A stretch of DNA of 64,000 bases, from positions 347,726 through 411,725 of the forward strand of contig CAWECO010000002.1 in assembly GCA_963807645.1 (NCBI GenBank), given 5' to 3'. Positions within the stretch are counted from its first letter, which is position 1; each line of letters starts with the position of its first letter. Of the stretch, positions 42,679 to 53,559 are shown piece after piece. The DNA comes from an uncultured Gemmatimonadales bacterium. Lineage in GTDB: Bacteria > Gemmatimonadota > Gemmatimonadetes > Palauibacterales > Palauibacteraceae. The notes under the pieces were generated by a model, which was given only the letters and a program-made list of their open reading frames with translations, did not search any database and was not told the DNA's origin. The translations under genes and the position numbers were made by a program.

Positions 42679-43526
42679 ATGATCAAGAAACTCATCCAGC
42701 AAGCCGGCACGATCGGAGCCGGGGTCGCGATCGTGGTGGTCGTGCTTGCGTTTCTGTTCGGCTTCAATCGCGTCGACGAATACGAGGTGGGCGTGCGGCG
42801 CAACCCGGTCACGGGGGCCGTGAGTTCGACACCGTATCCGACAGGGCCTGTACCACTCGATTCTCCGGTCATGGACCAACTACTCGACTCGGGAGATCCA
42901 GTACCCGAGGGAAGGTGCGGCTGAGCGTCTGACCGCGCTGTCGTCCGACCAGCTGCAGATCGGCGTCGACGCCGCCTACCGGTATCGGATCAACCCGGAT
43001 TCCGACGGTCAATCTGTATCTGACGGTGGGCAGCCCGGGAGACATCCACTCCTACGTCTACAACACGTACCGGTCGGCGGTTCGGGACGCGATCGCCGAG
43101 GTCGAAGCTTCGAACATCCTCTCCAGCGATCGGGCGACGATCGGAGACCGGATCGAGGATCTAATGGACCAGAGCCTGACCGTGAAGGGGATCGTCGTCA
43201 CGGACTTCTTCGTCCGCGAGATCGAGCCACCGGAGACGATCCGGGAGGCGATCGAGAACAAGCTGGCCCGCGAGCAGCAGGTCCAGGCCGAAGCGTACGA
43301 GACGCAGGTCGTCGAGGAGCAGGCCAATCAGAAGCGGGCCGAGGCCGCAGGCATCAGGGACGCCCAGGAGATCATCGCCACGAGCCTGACCGGAGTGCAG
43401 GGTCAGCGCTATCTCTACTGGCGGTACCTCGAGGTGCTCGGAGAAGTGGGAAGCGGATCGAATAACCTGGTCATCGCGCCGACCGAGGGCGGCGTTCCGA
43501 TCTTCTTCACGCCGGACAGCCAGTAG
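42679..43526 (+). pseudogene. SPFH/band-7 (prohibitin-like) membrane protein, reading frame broken twice
   Basis: Frame 1 from ATG 42679 (MIKKLIQQAG..TM..NRVDEYEVGVRRNP). Frame 2 from about 42845 (GLYHSILRSWTNYSTREIQYP...YRYRINPDS). Frame 0 from about 43005 (TVNLYLTVGSPGDIHSYV... to the stop at 43526). Confidence 0.8.
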
Positions 43527-43527
43527 C

Positions 43528-44286
43528 TCACTCGGAGGGAGCGGGGACTCTCCTCGCTCCCTCCAACAGCGAGGCAATTACCGTGTGGACCGACGCCAGG
43601 ACGCTGTCGCGGTCGTCTACCGTCAGACCTTCCGTGGGGATCGGTTCGCCCAGACGCACGAGCATTTGTGACGCCCGGATCCGGCCCCGGGTAGATACGC
43701 GGAATCCCCCTTCCACGGCCAGCGGCACAATAGGGACGTGAGTCTCGATCGCCAGCCCGAAGGTCCCCTTCTTGAAGGCTCCCAGCCGACCTGTCTGCGA
43801 GCGCGTCCCTTCCGGAAACAGACCGAGGGAAAGACGGTCTCGCTTCATTCGCAAACCGGCCACGCGCATGGACTCCGTCGCGCCCCGCCTGTCTCTTCGG
43901 TCAATGAATATGTGCCCGGCCGCCCGCATGGCCTGTGCAAAGATCGGGATACGACCGAGCTCCTTCTTGGCGACGAACCGAACCGACGCCGGCACGTAGG
44001 CCAGGATCGCGAAGATGTCGAAGATGGACTGGTGATTGGCCACAAATATCTGGGGAGACGTCAGGCTTACGTACTCGAGCCCCGTGACGCTCGTACGGAC
44101 ACCAGCAGCCCATAGCTCCGTCCGGCCCCAGTTCCGATGCACCCAGTCGTGAAGACCCGCCGGAGCGCGGACGAGACCTCCCACGATCGACACGGTCGAA
44201 AAAAAGGCGGTAGCCGGGACTGTGACGATCCAGAACCACACGGTCCTGAGCAAGTTCTCACGCCTCCGGAGAGAAGTGGTCGAAAC
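43528..44286 (-). CDS. plsC: 1-acyl-sn-glycerol-3-phosphate acyltransferase
   Basis: Within ORF 43528..44364; start uncertain because of overlap with the thiL end. Motifs NHQSIFD and FPEGTRS. Confidence 0.8.
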   Translation of the reverse strand, partial: VSTTSLRRRENLLRTVWFWIVTVPATAFFSTVSIVGGLVRAPAGLHDWVHRNWGRTELWAAGVRTSVTGLEYVSLTSPQIFVANHQSIFDIFAILAYVPASVRFVAKKELGRIPIFAQAMRAAGHIFIDRRDRRGATESMRVAGLRMKRDRLSLGLFPEGTRSQTGRLGAFKKGTFGLAIETHVPIVPLAVEGGFRVSTRGRIRASQMLVRLGEPIPTEGLTVDDRDSVLASVHTVIASLLEGARRVPAPSE

Positions 44287-45244
44287 CGGATCCCGGCGCG
44301 TCCATCGCACCCCCCTCCCTGCTGACCCACGCGACGCCCGCACCCTCAACGACGGCTCCGACACGCGTGAGATCGAGCCCGAACTCCCGGGACAGCCTGG
44401 AAGCCGCCTCGAGCCCTGTTCCCGGGGCCAGGACGGCGAGGAGTTCGTAGTCCTCGCCTCCGCCGACGGCTATTGCCAGCGCCGCATCCGGTCGAGCCCA
44501 GTTCTCCAAAACCTCATGCACGGGAACGGCGCCCACCTCGAGCACCAGCCGGACACCCGACGACGCCGCGATCTGTTCCGCGTCCGAGGCCAACCCGTCG
44601 GACAAGTCGATCATAGCGCGGACGTCGGCGCTCTCCGCAAGGACGCGGGCCTCCAGCAGGCGAGGACGAGGACGCTCGAAGGCCCGGCGCGCCGCTGGAT
44701 GAGGCTCGAGGCCCCCGGACCAGGCCGCGGCCGCCGCCGCCGCTCCTCCGAGCCGTCCCGTGACCCACACCTCATGGCCGGGGGCGGCCCCCGAGCGCTC
44801 CACCGGTCTCGCGGCAGCTCCGATGACGGTGACGTCGATCACAACCGGTCCCGGTGACCGTGACAGGTCTCCACCGAGCAGGCCCGCCCCATGCTCGCGC
44901 AGGCAGACTCCCATTCCGCCGGCGACCTCGGCCAGAGTGCGGGCGTCGAGTTCCGGAGGGACGGCCAGTGAAACCAGCACGCCAATCGGCCGCGCCGCCA
45001 TCGCCGCCAGGTCGCTCAAAGCCGCCGCGACGGCCCGGAAACCGATCGCGTCCCAGGTCAGCCACTCACGGCGGAAGTGGATGTCCTCCACGGAGAGATC
45101 GCTGCTGACCACGACTGATTCGGGAGGTGTCACACGAAGGACCGCCGCATCGTCACCCGGTCCAAGAGCCACTTCCGCGACTTCAGGCGCTCCGACTTCG
45201 TCGATCAACGACCTGATTCGCCTGAACTCCGGACTGTCCCGCAT
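44258..45244 (-). CDS. thiL: thiamine-monophosphate kinase
   Basis: ATG 45244 within ORF 44258..45328. AIR-synthase-like fold sequence (GPGDDAAVL, DIHFRREW). Confidence 0.85.
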   Translation of the reverse strand: MRDSPEFRRIRSLIDEVGAPEVAEVALGPGDDAAVLRVTPPESVVVSSDLSVEDIHFRREWLTWDAIGFRAVAAALSDLAAMAARPIGVLVSLAVPPELDARTLAEVAGGMGVCLREHGAGLLGGDLSRSPGPVVIDVTVIGAAARPVERSGAAPGHEVWVTGRLGGAAAAAAAWSGGLEPHPAARRAFERPRPRLLEARVLAESADVRAMIDLSDGLASDAEQIAASSGVRLVLEVGAVPVHEVLENWARPDAALAIAVGGGEDYELLAVLAPGTGLEAASRLSREFGLDLTRVGAVVEGAGVAWVSREGGAMDAPGSGFDHFSPEA

Positions 45245-45279
45245 TCCCCCGGGCCGCGGCGGCCTACCGGACCGAGGAG

Positions 45280-46908
45280 TCAATGCCGGACATGCAGGCG
45301 GATGGCGCCTGCCGGCAAGGCCAGCCACGCCTCGGTCGAGGACACGACCGCGATGTCAGCGATCGCTGTTTCCCCCCGGGGCCCGGGCGGCAGATCCGGT
45401 CCGAACGAATAGCTTCCGACCACGCTGCCGGCGACTTCGACTACCGTGAGCTCGGCCGCTGATCCAACCCAGAGAACCCCGTCGCGGATCGCCAGCGCCG
45501 ACACTCGGGCCCGGGCTCTTCCGATGGACTCCATTCGGGCCCACGGGGCGTCACGACCGGCCCTCCACCACACTTCCCGTTCGAGACCCGCGTACACCGT
45601 GTCTCCCGAGGCGATCAGAGCGCCCACCCGTGACCGCAGTGCGGATGGTCCTTCTGCACGCCGAGGCTGCACCATCTGTCCGATCGAATCCGGAACGGGC
45701 ATCGAGTAGAGGCCATAGTCGGTACCGATCCATACCCGCTGGTCCGCCTCGACCACCGAACCCACCGCGGTGGAAGGCATGACGGCGATGTCGACCCCTC
45801 CACCCACGCCCCTCACGCGGAGTAGCCCGCGAGTCGAGCCGAGCCATACGGCCTCGGCCGAGGGGCCCGAGGCCGCAGCCATAGCGAGCAACGGCGTGTA
45901 AGACAGGTCGACGTCCCGCTCCTGCCTCCATTCCGCCCGTCCATCGCCCATCCAGTGAAGCCCCGACTCTCCCGCGGCCCAGGTTCCGCCCGGCAAACGC
46001 ACGAGCTTGGACACGAGATCCGGCACGGCCCTGGACGAGTCGGCTCGCCATGCCCTCCACTGTTGGAGGTCCGCCGTGGCTACCGCAACGGCATAGCGAC
46101 CCTCCAGCGGCAATTCGGGAGCGAACCAGACTTCGGTATCGGTTGCCACCACCGACGCCATGCCTGCGCCTGCGGGTCCGAAGATCGTTCGGCGCCCCAC
46201 CCGGCCGACCCCGTCGTAGCTGACCAGGGACTGCCCTGCCGTTCCCAGCCACCAGCCGTACGCATCTCTCGAGGGAATGACATCGAGGATTCGTGCGGAG
46301 CCAGCATACGGGGTGCGAGTAGCCTGCCGCGCGGCATCCAGGAAGAACGGGTCTCGGAGCGCCTCTTCTCGCGCCCGCAAGTCGGCGTTCGCATCGATGG
46401 CCGCGAGAACGGCGGCGGGCTGCGCTCGCCGACGGTCGCGGCTGAAGGTGTCGAGCCTCCACCATTCGCCCAACGTCCGCACGAACAGGTCTGACCCGGA
46501 CGCCTCCCCAGGAACGATGTCCGTCACGGGCTGCCGCACGGATATCCGGTCACGGAAGCGTCGGCTGAACGGATCGAACTGGAGCAGTTCTCCAGCCGCC
46601 GCGATCCACAGCGACCGGTCGCGGCGATCGAACACCATCGCCGTTGGCGGGACCGGCGGGAAACCGTCCTCGACCGTGATCGGCAGTTCCGAGCGCTCGA
46701 ACGCCTCATCGAAGGTCAGCAGTCCCCCGGTAGTCGCCGCGAACACGGATCCCGACGATCTCGCGAGGGACGTTACGATGCCGAAATCCGTGATGAGTAC
46801 CCTCTCATCGGGTCTCCACCCGCCAGTCTGCGCCGGCAGGCCGGACGCCGTGAGGAGGAGCGCGACGAACAGGCCGAGGTGACCCTTATGCCCGGGCGGG
46901 CCCCTCAC
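45280..46908 (-). CDS. exported protein with beta-propeller-like W-containing repeats
   Basis: GTG 46908 overlaps the nnr stop (GTGA). Signal-like LGLFVALLLTASGLPAQ, then recurring motifs of the type (V/L)W(I/L/V)G(T/S)xxGL. It is the C-terminal part of the artefactual 1111-aa ORF. Confidence 0.5.
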   Translation of the reverse strand: MRGPPGHKGHLGLFVALLLTASGLPAQTGGWRPDERVLITDFGIVTSLARSSGSVFAATTGGLLTFDEAFERSELPITVEDGFPPVPPTAMVFDRRDRSLWIAAAGELLQFDPFSRRFRDRISVRQPVTDIVPGEASGSDLFVRTLGEWWRLDTFSRDRRRAQPAAVLAAIDANADLRAREEALRDPFFLDAARQATRTPYAGSARILDVIPSRDAYGWWLGTAGQSLVSYDGVGRVGRRTIFGPAGAGMASVVATDTEVWFAPELPLEGRYAVAVATADLQQWRAWRADSSRAVPDLVSKLVRLPGGTWAAGESGLHWMGDGRAEWRQERDVDLSYTPLLAMAAASGPSAEAVWLGSTRGLLRVRGVGGGVDIAVMPSTAVGSVVEADQRVWIGTDYGLYSMPVPDSIGQMVQPRRAEGPSALRSRVGALIASGDTVYAGLEREVWWRAGRDAPWARMESIGRARARVSALAIRDGVLWVGSAAELTVVEVAGSVVGSYSFGPDLPPGPRGETAIADIAVVSSTEAWLALPAGAIRLHVRH

Positions 46909-48480
46909 GTCGAGGACTCTGACACGAAGAGCAACGGGCCCGTGGGCGGCTCCAGATCCGCGACCCGGGCCCTGACGTCCGGCAGTCGATCGGGTATGTC
47001 GGATGCCAGGTGCCCGGCCGCCTCCGGCGATCCGCTGGCCGCTACCCCCATCAACCAGAGGGCCGCGGAAGACGCGTCGGCCCCATTCATTCCGGCCGCG
47101 AGGTAAGCGCCGATCAGTCCCGTCAGGACGTCTCCCGTCCCTCCCGAGGCCACTTCCGGACCCCCGGTCGTGCTGACCCGAAGCGGACGCCCCGACTCGG
47201 CGACCCACGAGGGCGTGCCCTTCAACAGGACCGTGCACCCGAGATCCGCGGCCGCCGCATTCGCCGCACCCGGCGGGTCGTCCAGTATTCTCTCCACGGG
47301 CACTCCGGTCAGTCTGGACAGCTCGCCGGGATGCGGGGTCACGACATCGGTGGCGGTCAGGAGCTCCGCCAGCCGATCCATGTCCCCCTCGAACACGCTC
47401 AATCCATCGGCATCGAGAACCACGGGGCGCGAGCCGCGGGCGACCAGCGTGCTGCTCCACCAGGACACGCCGGTCGCTAGCCCGACCGAGGCCGGGCCCG
47501 ATCGCGAGCGCGCCGGACCACTGCACGGCCTCGCGGCGCTCCTCATCGTCCTCCCAGGACACATATATCGCGCCAGGGCAGGCACGCTGGAGGACTTCCC
47601 GGTTGGCCGGGTCCCCGACGACCTTCAGGATTCCGACGCCTCCACGCAAAGCCGAGCGCGCGCCGAGGACGGCCGCGCCGGCCATCCCTGCCTGGCCGGC
47701 CAGCAGCACGAGATACCCGGCCCTTCCCTTGTGGGCATTCGCAGCTCTCCCAATCAGGGTGCGCGCTACCCAGCGGCCCGTGATCGCACGAGCGCCAATG
47801 GTCGTCGTCGGCGGAGGAAATCCGATCTCCACGCATTCGATCCTGCCGCAGTGGTCGCGCGCCGGGTGGCGCAGCAAACCGATCTTGGGCCAGCCGAGGC
47901 TGACCGTAAGCGCCGCCCGGATACAAGACCCGGCGACCTCTCCCGTGGAAAAGTCAGCGCCGCTGGGACCATCGACGGCGGCTACCGGGATCCCGTACTG
48001 GTTGATCTGCTCGATGACCGACGCCTGCGGCTCACGGGGAGCGCCTGTCACGCCGGTCCCAAGGATTCCGTCGATCAGAACCGCCGCGCCAGCACAGGCC
48101 GCGGGTAGATTTTCGGGTTTCTGCAGGGGGAGGTCCCATCCGATGAGGACGTCGGGGTCCGGGGCCGCCGTGGAGGCGAGGATCGCGCTGACGTCCCGCC
48201 CCCAGGAGTGCAACGTTCGCAACGCGACGAGGGCATCCGCACCATTGTGACCACGACCGACGACGGCAACGACCGGTCCCTCGGGCCAGTGTGCCTGCAC
48301 CCTGACCGCGACCTCACGCCCGGCCGCCTCGATAAGAGTGCGCTCCGTCGTGGCCCCGGTGGCCACCGCCTCCCGATCCAGATCACCCATCTCCGCGGCC
48401 GTAGGAAGCCAGACGGTCTCGGCTCCGGCGGCCCACGCTTCCCAACCGTTCGGCACGGGTGTCATTCGCTTGCCAGGCAT
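46905..48480 (-). pseudogene. nnr: bifunctional NAD(P)H-hydrate repair enzyme Nnr (epimerase/dehydratase), single frameshift
   Basis: The YjeF-N part lies in ORF 45280..48615 (start ATG 48480 or 48465) up to ...ALAIGPGLG. The carbohydrate-kinase part lies in ORF 46905..47585 (PVVLDADGL...GGTGDVLTG). Junction at about 47482. Confidence 0.85.
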
Positions 48481-48487
48481 CAAGACA

Positions 48488-48685
48488 CTACTTCTGCGAC
48501 TGGCTGATGCTCCGACCGAAGCTGATCTCGCCGTTGTCGATCCGGATGTTGTAACCGCACTCAGGGTTCGAACATACCCAGGCCTTGAATCGGATCGGCG
48601 CACCGTCGCGACCATAGTCGGACAGCGGGAGCAGCTGGCCGCCGTCGCACCTCAAGCACTTCGGAAACCGTGTGGCGTTCTCCAC
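48488..48685 (-). CDS. small zinc-ribbon protein (65 aa)
   Basis: Two CxxC-type pairs (CLRC ... CSNPEC). Ends 7 nt before the likely nnr start. Confidence 0.5.
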   Translation of the reverse strand: MENATRFPKCLRCDGGQLLPLSDYGRDGAPIRFKAWVCSNPECGYNIRIDNGEISFGRSISQSQK

Positions 48686-48788
48686 GTCTCACCCCTCTCC
48701 CCAGTCAGCCGGGCAGGCAGCACGCATGACACGAACGGATCGTCGGACGCGCCCGGATTGGCTGGGCGTGTTCCGATAATGGAAAGCG

Positions 48789-49196
48789 CTACCGCCCGGG
48801 CGCTCCCCACGGATACTCCGACTCAAAGACTTCCTCAAAAGAGAACACGTCCGCGAAATCCTCGCGCCGATCCGTATCCTCCTTGGTCAGCACTCCGTGG
48901 TCCACCAGAAGAAACACGATCTCCCCGATGTCCCCCGTAGAGTGTACGCCCCAGTGCTCGAGCACAACGCGGGCAAGCAGTCCGAAACGGTCGATAGCGA
49001 GGTCACGAACGGCCTCCGCCAATTCCGAACCCGAGATGTGACGCGGGCATTCGAGCTCGGCGAGCCTCTTGTGAAGCCCCCCCAGCACAAACAGATACGC
49101 CTCCGCGGCGAACCGCGGGTTGCGCCTTTGCAGTTGCCCCAGTGTCTCGTGAAGCGCCCGGACTTCCAATGCCCTTCTGCCGTCCCTTCTCCTCAT
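48789..49196 (-). CDS. conserved hypothetical protein (resembles the Minf_1886-type family)
   Basis: 135-aa ORF with good coding appearance. The family call rests only on my recollection of sequences of the type AYLFVLGGL...HISGxEL and is tentative. Confidence 0.5.
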   Translation of the reverse strand: MRRRDGRRALEVRALHETLGQLQRRNPRFAAEAYLFVLGGLHKRLAELECPRHISGSELAEAVRDLAIDRFGLLARVVLEHWGVHSTGDIGEIVFLLVDHGVLTKEDTDRREDFADVFSFEEVFESEYPWGAPGR

Positions 49197-49269
49197 AAGC
49201 CTGGCACCGGAGGGCCACGTCTCCTGCCTCCGGATCGGACGTCAACTTAGAAATCGGTCGAAAAGGCCG

Positions 49270-49977
49270 TCAAGTGTCGAGGGGAAGCAACATCCGGCCG
49301 GGTAGTTCGACAACCGTAGCGCGCCCCGCCGTCGTTTCGATGATTTCTTCTCGCAACCGTGCCACTCGAGAAGCCGGCAGGGCAATCTCCAATTCCACCT
49401 GGCCACCGTATCGATCGCCGAGACGGCGCGCCCCATTCGCCTCCAGACAGCGGGTCACGGCCCCGGTGTCGGCATAGGCATAGGTGAGCCGAACCGTGCA
49501 CCCGGGCACGACCTTCCGGGCCGGGGTACGATCCAGGGCCAGATCGGCGGCCGCCCCGTACGCCCGTCCCAGGCCCCCGGTGCCCAGTTTCGTGCCTCCG
49601 AAGTATCGGGTTACGACCACGACGACGTCCGTGAGGCCCGCGCGTTCAATCGCGGCCAGAACGGGCCGCCCGCCCGTCCCCGAGGGTTCCCCGTCGTCAT
49701 CAAAACGCGCGTCGCCCCCGTGCAATAGCCCTGCGTACACGTGATGGGTGGCATCGTGGAAACGGCGACGTTCCACTTCCCGGCACTCCGTGGCTTCCGT
49801 GAGATCGGAGATCGGCCTCGTGACCGCGATGAAGCGGGAACCTTTGACCCGATGTTCCGCCTCGGCGGGTGCCGCGGCCACACGCGTTCCTTCGGAGACA
49901 TTCACCGGGCCGCCCACCCTCGGGAGGTCGATCCGGTGAGTTCCCGAATCACGACACTCCCGCCGCCACCTCCTCAT
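49270..49977 (-). CDS. IMPACT/YigZ-family protein
   Basis: Within ORF 49270..50178; start uncertain (ATG 49977, GTG 49917 or GTG 49905). Motifs KGSRFIA and [17 protein letters not shown]. Confidence 0.75.
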   Translation of the reverse strand: MRRWRRECRDSGTHRIDLPRVGGPVNVSEGTRVAAAPAEAEHRVKGSRFIAVTRPISDLTEATECREVERRRFHDATHHVYAGLLHGGDARFDDDGEPSGTGGRPVLAAIERAGLTDVVVVVTRYFGGTKLGTGGLGRAYGAAADLALDRTPARKVVPGCTVRLTYAYADTGAVTRCLEANGARRLGDRYGGQVELEIALPASRVARLREEIIETTAGRATVVELPGRMLLPLDT

Positions 49978-51259
49978 CGGCAACCAGCGGAAACTGCATC
50001 GCTCGTTCCCGAACCTCTGCGCGGATGATCTCGAGCGTCTGTTCGTCACCGCTCGACCGAAGGACCCGATCGATGAGGTGGGCGATATCACGCATCTCCG
50101 AGAGGCCCATTCCCCGCGTGGTGAGGGCCGGAGTTCCGATCCGGATGCCGGACGTGACGAAGGGCGAACGGGTCTCACCCGGTACCGTGTTCTTGTTGAC
50201 CGTAATGTCCGCCCGGCCCAGGTACTCCTCCGCGTCCTTGCCGGACAGCTCCGTAGCGCGCAGGTCCATCAACAGAAGGTGTGTGTCCGTTCCATCGGAA
50301 ACGAGCTTCCAGCCTCTCTCTATCAAACCGTCCGCCAGCGCTCTGGCGTTCTCGACGATGCGTTCGGCGTAGCGAACGAAGCCGCGCGATTGGGCTTCAA
50401 ACAAGGCCACGGCCTTGGCGGCAATGACATGCTCCAGTGGACCGCCCTGCATTCCGGGGAACACCGACTTGTCGATCGCCTTGGCGTGCTGCTCCTGGCA
50501 CAGGATCAGGCCACCCCGTGGCCCCCGCAGGGTCTTGTGCGTGGTCGTCGTCACGATGTCCGCCCACGGAACCGGCGACGGGTGCACGCCGGCTGCCACC
50601 AGGCCCGCAATGTGCGCCATGTCCACGAGCAACATCGCCCCGACATCCCTCGCGATGCTGGCGAATTCCTCGAACGGCAACGTCCTCGGGTAGGCGCTGG
50701 CGCCTGCCACGATCATCGACGGGCGCTCGCGGCGCGCCACCGATGCAATCGCATCCATGTCCACCCGACCGTCGTCTTCACGGACGCCGTACCGCGCGAT
50801 GTCGTACAGCCGACCGCTGAAGTTGACCGGGGACCCGTGTGTGAGGTGGCCGCCGTGCGACAGGTCCATCCCGAGGAGCTTGTCACCGGGCTGCAGGAAC
50901 GCGAAGTACGCCGCCATGTTGGCCTGCGCCCCACTGTGCGGCTGCACGTTCGCGTGCTCCGCCTCGAACAGCGCCTTCGCCCGCTCGCGAGCCAGGTCTT
51001 CCACCACGTCCACGTGCTCGCAGCCGCCGTAGTAGCGCTTACCGGGATAGCCCTCGGCGTACTTGTTCGTCAGGACTGACCCCATGGCCTCGAGCACCGC
51101 ACCGGAAACGAAGTTCTCGCTCGCGATGAGCTCGAGGCCCTCGCGCTGCCTGGCGGCCTCCGCCTTGATAGCGGCGAAGACCTCGGGATCCACTGCCTCG
51201 AGGTGATCGCAGGACGGTGCGACGTCCGCCTCTCCCGTACGCATCGACTCGTCTGTCAT
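49949..51259 (-). CDS. glyA: serine hydroxymethyltransferase
   Basis: ATG 51259 within ORF 49949..51430. PLP-lysine region [14 protein letters not shown]. Confidence 0.95.
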   Translation of the reverse strand: MTDESMRTGEADVAPSCDHLEAVDPEVFAAIKAEAARQREGLELIASENFVSGAVLEAMGSVLTNKYAEGYPGKRYYGGCEHVDVVEDLARERAKALFEAEHANVQPHSGAQANMAAYFAFLQPGDKLLGMDLSHGGHLTHGSPVNFSGRLYDIARYGVREDDGRVDMDAIASVARRERPSMIVAGASAYPRTLPFEEFASIARDVGAMLLVDMAHIAGLVAAGVHPSPVPWADIVTTTTHKTLRGPRGGLILCQEQHAKAIDKSVFPGMQGGPLEHVIAAKAVALFEAQSRGFVRYAERIVENARALADGLIERGWKLVSDGTDTHLLLMDLRATELSGKDAEEYLGRADITVNKNTVPGETRSPFVTSGIRIGTPALTTRGMGLSEMRDIAHLIDRVLRSSGDEQTLEIIRAEVRERAMQFPLVADEEVAAGVS

Positions 51260-51264
51260 CTCTC

Positions 51265-52374
51265 TCACACGTAGGTCCGGTGCAGCTGCGTCACGGCGTG
51301 CACCCGGCGCATCGCCACCTCGTCCGCAGCCTCGGCGCTGGTGATGCCCTCGGCAGCTGCCAGCTCGAAGATCGCCAGAAGGGTTGAGTAGATTTCTCCG
51401 GCCTTTCGCTTCGACCGCTCGAGCGTCCACCCGGCCAGCTCGGAGTAGACGTTGATCAACCCGCCCGCATTGATGACGTAGTCCGGCGCGTACAGGACGT
51501 CACGTTCCTCGAGCATCCCCGCGTGGCGCGCCTTGGCCAGCTGGTTGTTCGCCGCGCCGGCGACGATCTCGACCTTGAGCCTGGGAATCGTGTCATCGTT
51601 CAGGATGGCTCCCAGCGCGCAGGGCGCGAAGACGTCTGCATCGACATCGTACACGTCATCCGCGCCGACCGCCTCGCACTCCAGGTCATCCACACAGCGT
51701 TGCACACGATCTTCATCAATGTCGGCGACGAAGACCTTGGCCCCCTCAGCCCGCAGGTCCTCCGCCAGGAAGTACCCGACGTGTCCCGCCCCCTGGATCA
51801 CGACGGAGCGACCCGCCAGGTCGTCCGTGCCGAACTTCTTCAGCGAGCAGGCCTTGATGCCCCGGTATGTCCCATAGGCCGTGACGGGCGAGGGATCGCC
51901 CGACTTCCCGGCCATCCCGACGACATGCTCGGTCTCCATGTGGATGTAGTCCATGTCCGCCACCGACGTGCCGACGTCCTCGGCCGTGTAGTACCGCCCG
52001 GCCAGCGACTCGACGGCTCGGCCATGCGCCCGCATGACCATTTCGCGCTGCGTGGTTCTGTTGTCTCCGATGATGACCGCCTTGCCGCCACCGAGATTCA
52101 GTCCTGCCACGGCGGCCTTGTACGTCATGCCGCGCGACAGGCGGAGCACGTCGATCAGGGCATCGTAGTCGGAGTCGTAGTTCCAGAACCGGGTGCCACC
52201 GAGGGCAGGTCCGAGTGCGGTATTGTGTATGGCGATGATGCCCTTGTATCCGCTGGACGGGTCGTACGTGAAGACCACCTGCTCGTGGTCGTGCCGGGAC
52301 ATGAGATCGAACATCTCATTCCGGCCGTCCACGGCCTCCGCGACCTTGTCCGCGTAGCTGGTTTCCGTGCTCAC
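51265..52374 (-). CDS. Glu/Leu/Phe/Val dehydrogenase family enzyme (leucine dehydrogenase-like)
   Basis: 369 aa with GPALGGTRF and GGGKAVIIG motifs and the Rossmann motif QGAGHVG. Confidence 0.85.
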   Translation of the reverse strand: MSTETSYADKVAEAVDGRNEMFDLMSRHDHEQVVFTYDPSSGYKGIIAIHNTALGPALGGTRFWNYDSDYDALIDVLRLSRGMTYKAAVAGLNLGGGKAVIIGDNRTTQREMVMRAHGRAVESLAGRYYTAEDVGTSVADMDYIHMETEHVVGMAGKSGDPSPVTAYGTYRGIKACSLKKFGTDDLAGRSVVIQGAGHVGYFLAEDLRAEGAKVFVADIDEDRVQRCVDDLECEAVGADDVYDVDADVFAPCALGAILNDDTIPRLKVEIVAGAANNQLAKARHAGMLEERDVLYAPDYVINAGGLINVYSELAGWTLERSKRKAGEIYSTLLAIFELAAAEGITSAEAADEVAMRRVHAVTQLHRTYV

Positions 52375-53559
52375 TGGTCGTTTCCTCTCTCCAGATAAAG
52401 TTCCCGCGCTATGATAATGCGGTGAATCTCGCTGGTTCCCTCGTATATCTCCGTGACTTTCGCGTCTCGAAACAGCCTCTCAACCGGGTACTCCCGGCTG
52501 TAACCGTAGCCACCGAATATCTGGACCGCCTGCCGGGTCACCCAGGTCGCCGTCTCGCTGGCGTTCAGCTTCGCCATGCTCGAGAGCTTCCGCTTGCGCG
52601 GCCTCGTCGGCGTCATACGCCAGGGCGGCCCGGTACAGCAGACCCCGTGCGGCTTCGACGCGGGTCGCCATGTCCGCCAACTTGAACTGAATACCCTGGA
52701 ACCTGGAAATCGGGCTTCCGAACTGAACCCTCTCCTCGGCGTAATCCCGGGCGTAATCCAGAGCCGCTTCGGCGATACCGATCGCCTGCGCCGCGATACC
52801 GAGCCGGCCTCCCTCGAGCGCCTCGAGAGCGTACCGGAACCCGAGTCCCGGCTTTCCGAGCAGATGCTCGGGCCCCAGGTACAGGTCCTGCAGCGCCACG
52901 GAGACCGTCTCCGACCCGCGCAGGCCCATCTTCCGTTCCTTCTTACCGGGAATGTATCCGTCCGCGTCCGTCGGCACGAGGAACGCGCCTATGCCGCGGG
53001 ATCCCTGCCGATCGTCCGGATGATCCGTCCGGACCATCATCAGGACCACGTCGGCCGAGGCTCCGTTCGTCACCCACATCTTGGACCCGTTGAGTCTCCA
53101 GCCCTCACCGTCCGGCGCGGCCTGCGCCGTGATGGCCGCCGCATCGCTTCCCGCATCCGCCTCGGAGAGCGAAAACGCGCCGAGGAGCTCGCCCCGGGCC
53201 ATCGGCCTCAGCCAACGCTCCTTCTGTTCATCCGTCCCGTGACGGAGCAAGGTCTGCGTCGGAAGCGAGTTGTGGACGCTCATCGAGACGGCAACCGAGG
53301 GGTCACCCCAGGCGATCTCCTCCAGCACGTAGAGGTAGGTCAGCATGTCGAGACCGAGGCCGTCGTACTCCTCAGGGATCAACATGCCGAGGAAGCCCAG
53401 TTCCCCGAGCTGCTGGACGGGCGCTATGTCGAACGACTCCTCGTTCCGGTCCCTCTCCGCCGCCCCCGGTCGGAGCTCGTTGCGGGCGTACCTCCTGGCG
53501 AGAAGCAGGATTTCGCGCTGCTCCCCGGTCAGCCGGGCGCCGGCGTGAGACCTACGCAT
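52371..53559 (-). pseudogene. acyl-CoA dehydrogenase, single frameshift
   Basis: ATG 53559 overlaps the hbd stop. The body lies in ORF 52480..53673; the last 70 codons lie in ORF 52371..52616 ([11 protein letters not shown]...YEGTSEIHR). Junction at about 52596. Confidence 0.9.

Noticed and set aside
45280-48615. A 1111-aa giant ORF as a single multidomain protein
   Set aside because: The middle about 200 residues are Arg/Gly-rich nonsense produced by reading nnr out of frame. The true nnr C-terminus is in ORF 46905..47585, and the next gene starts at a GTG overlapping its stop.
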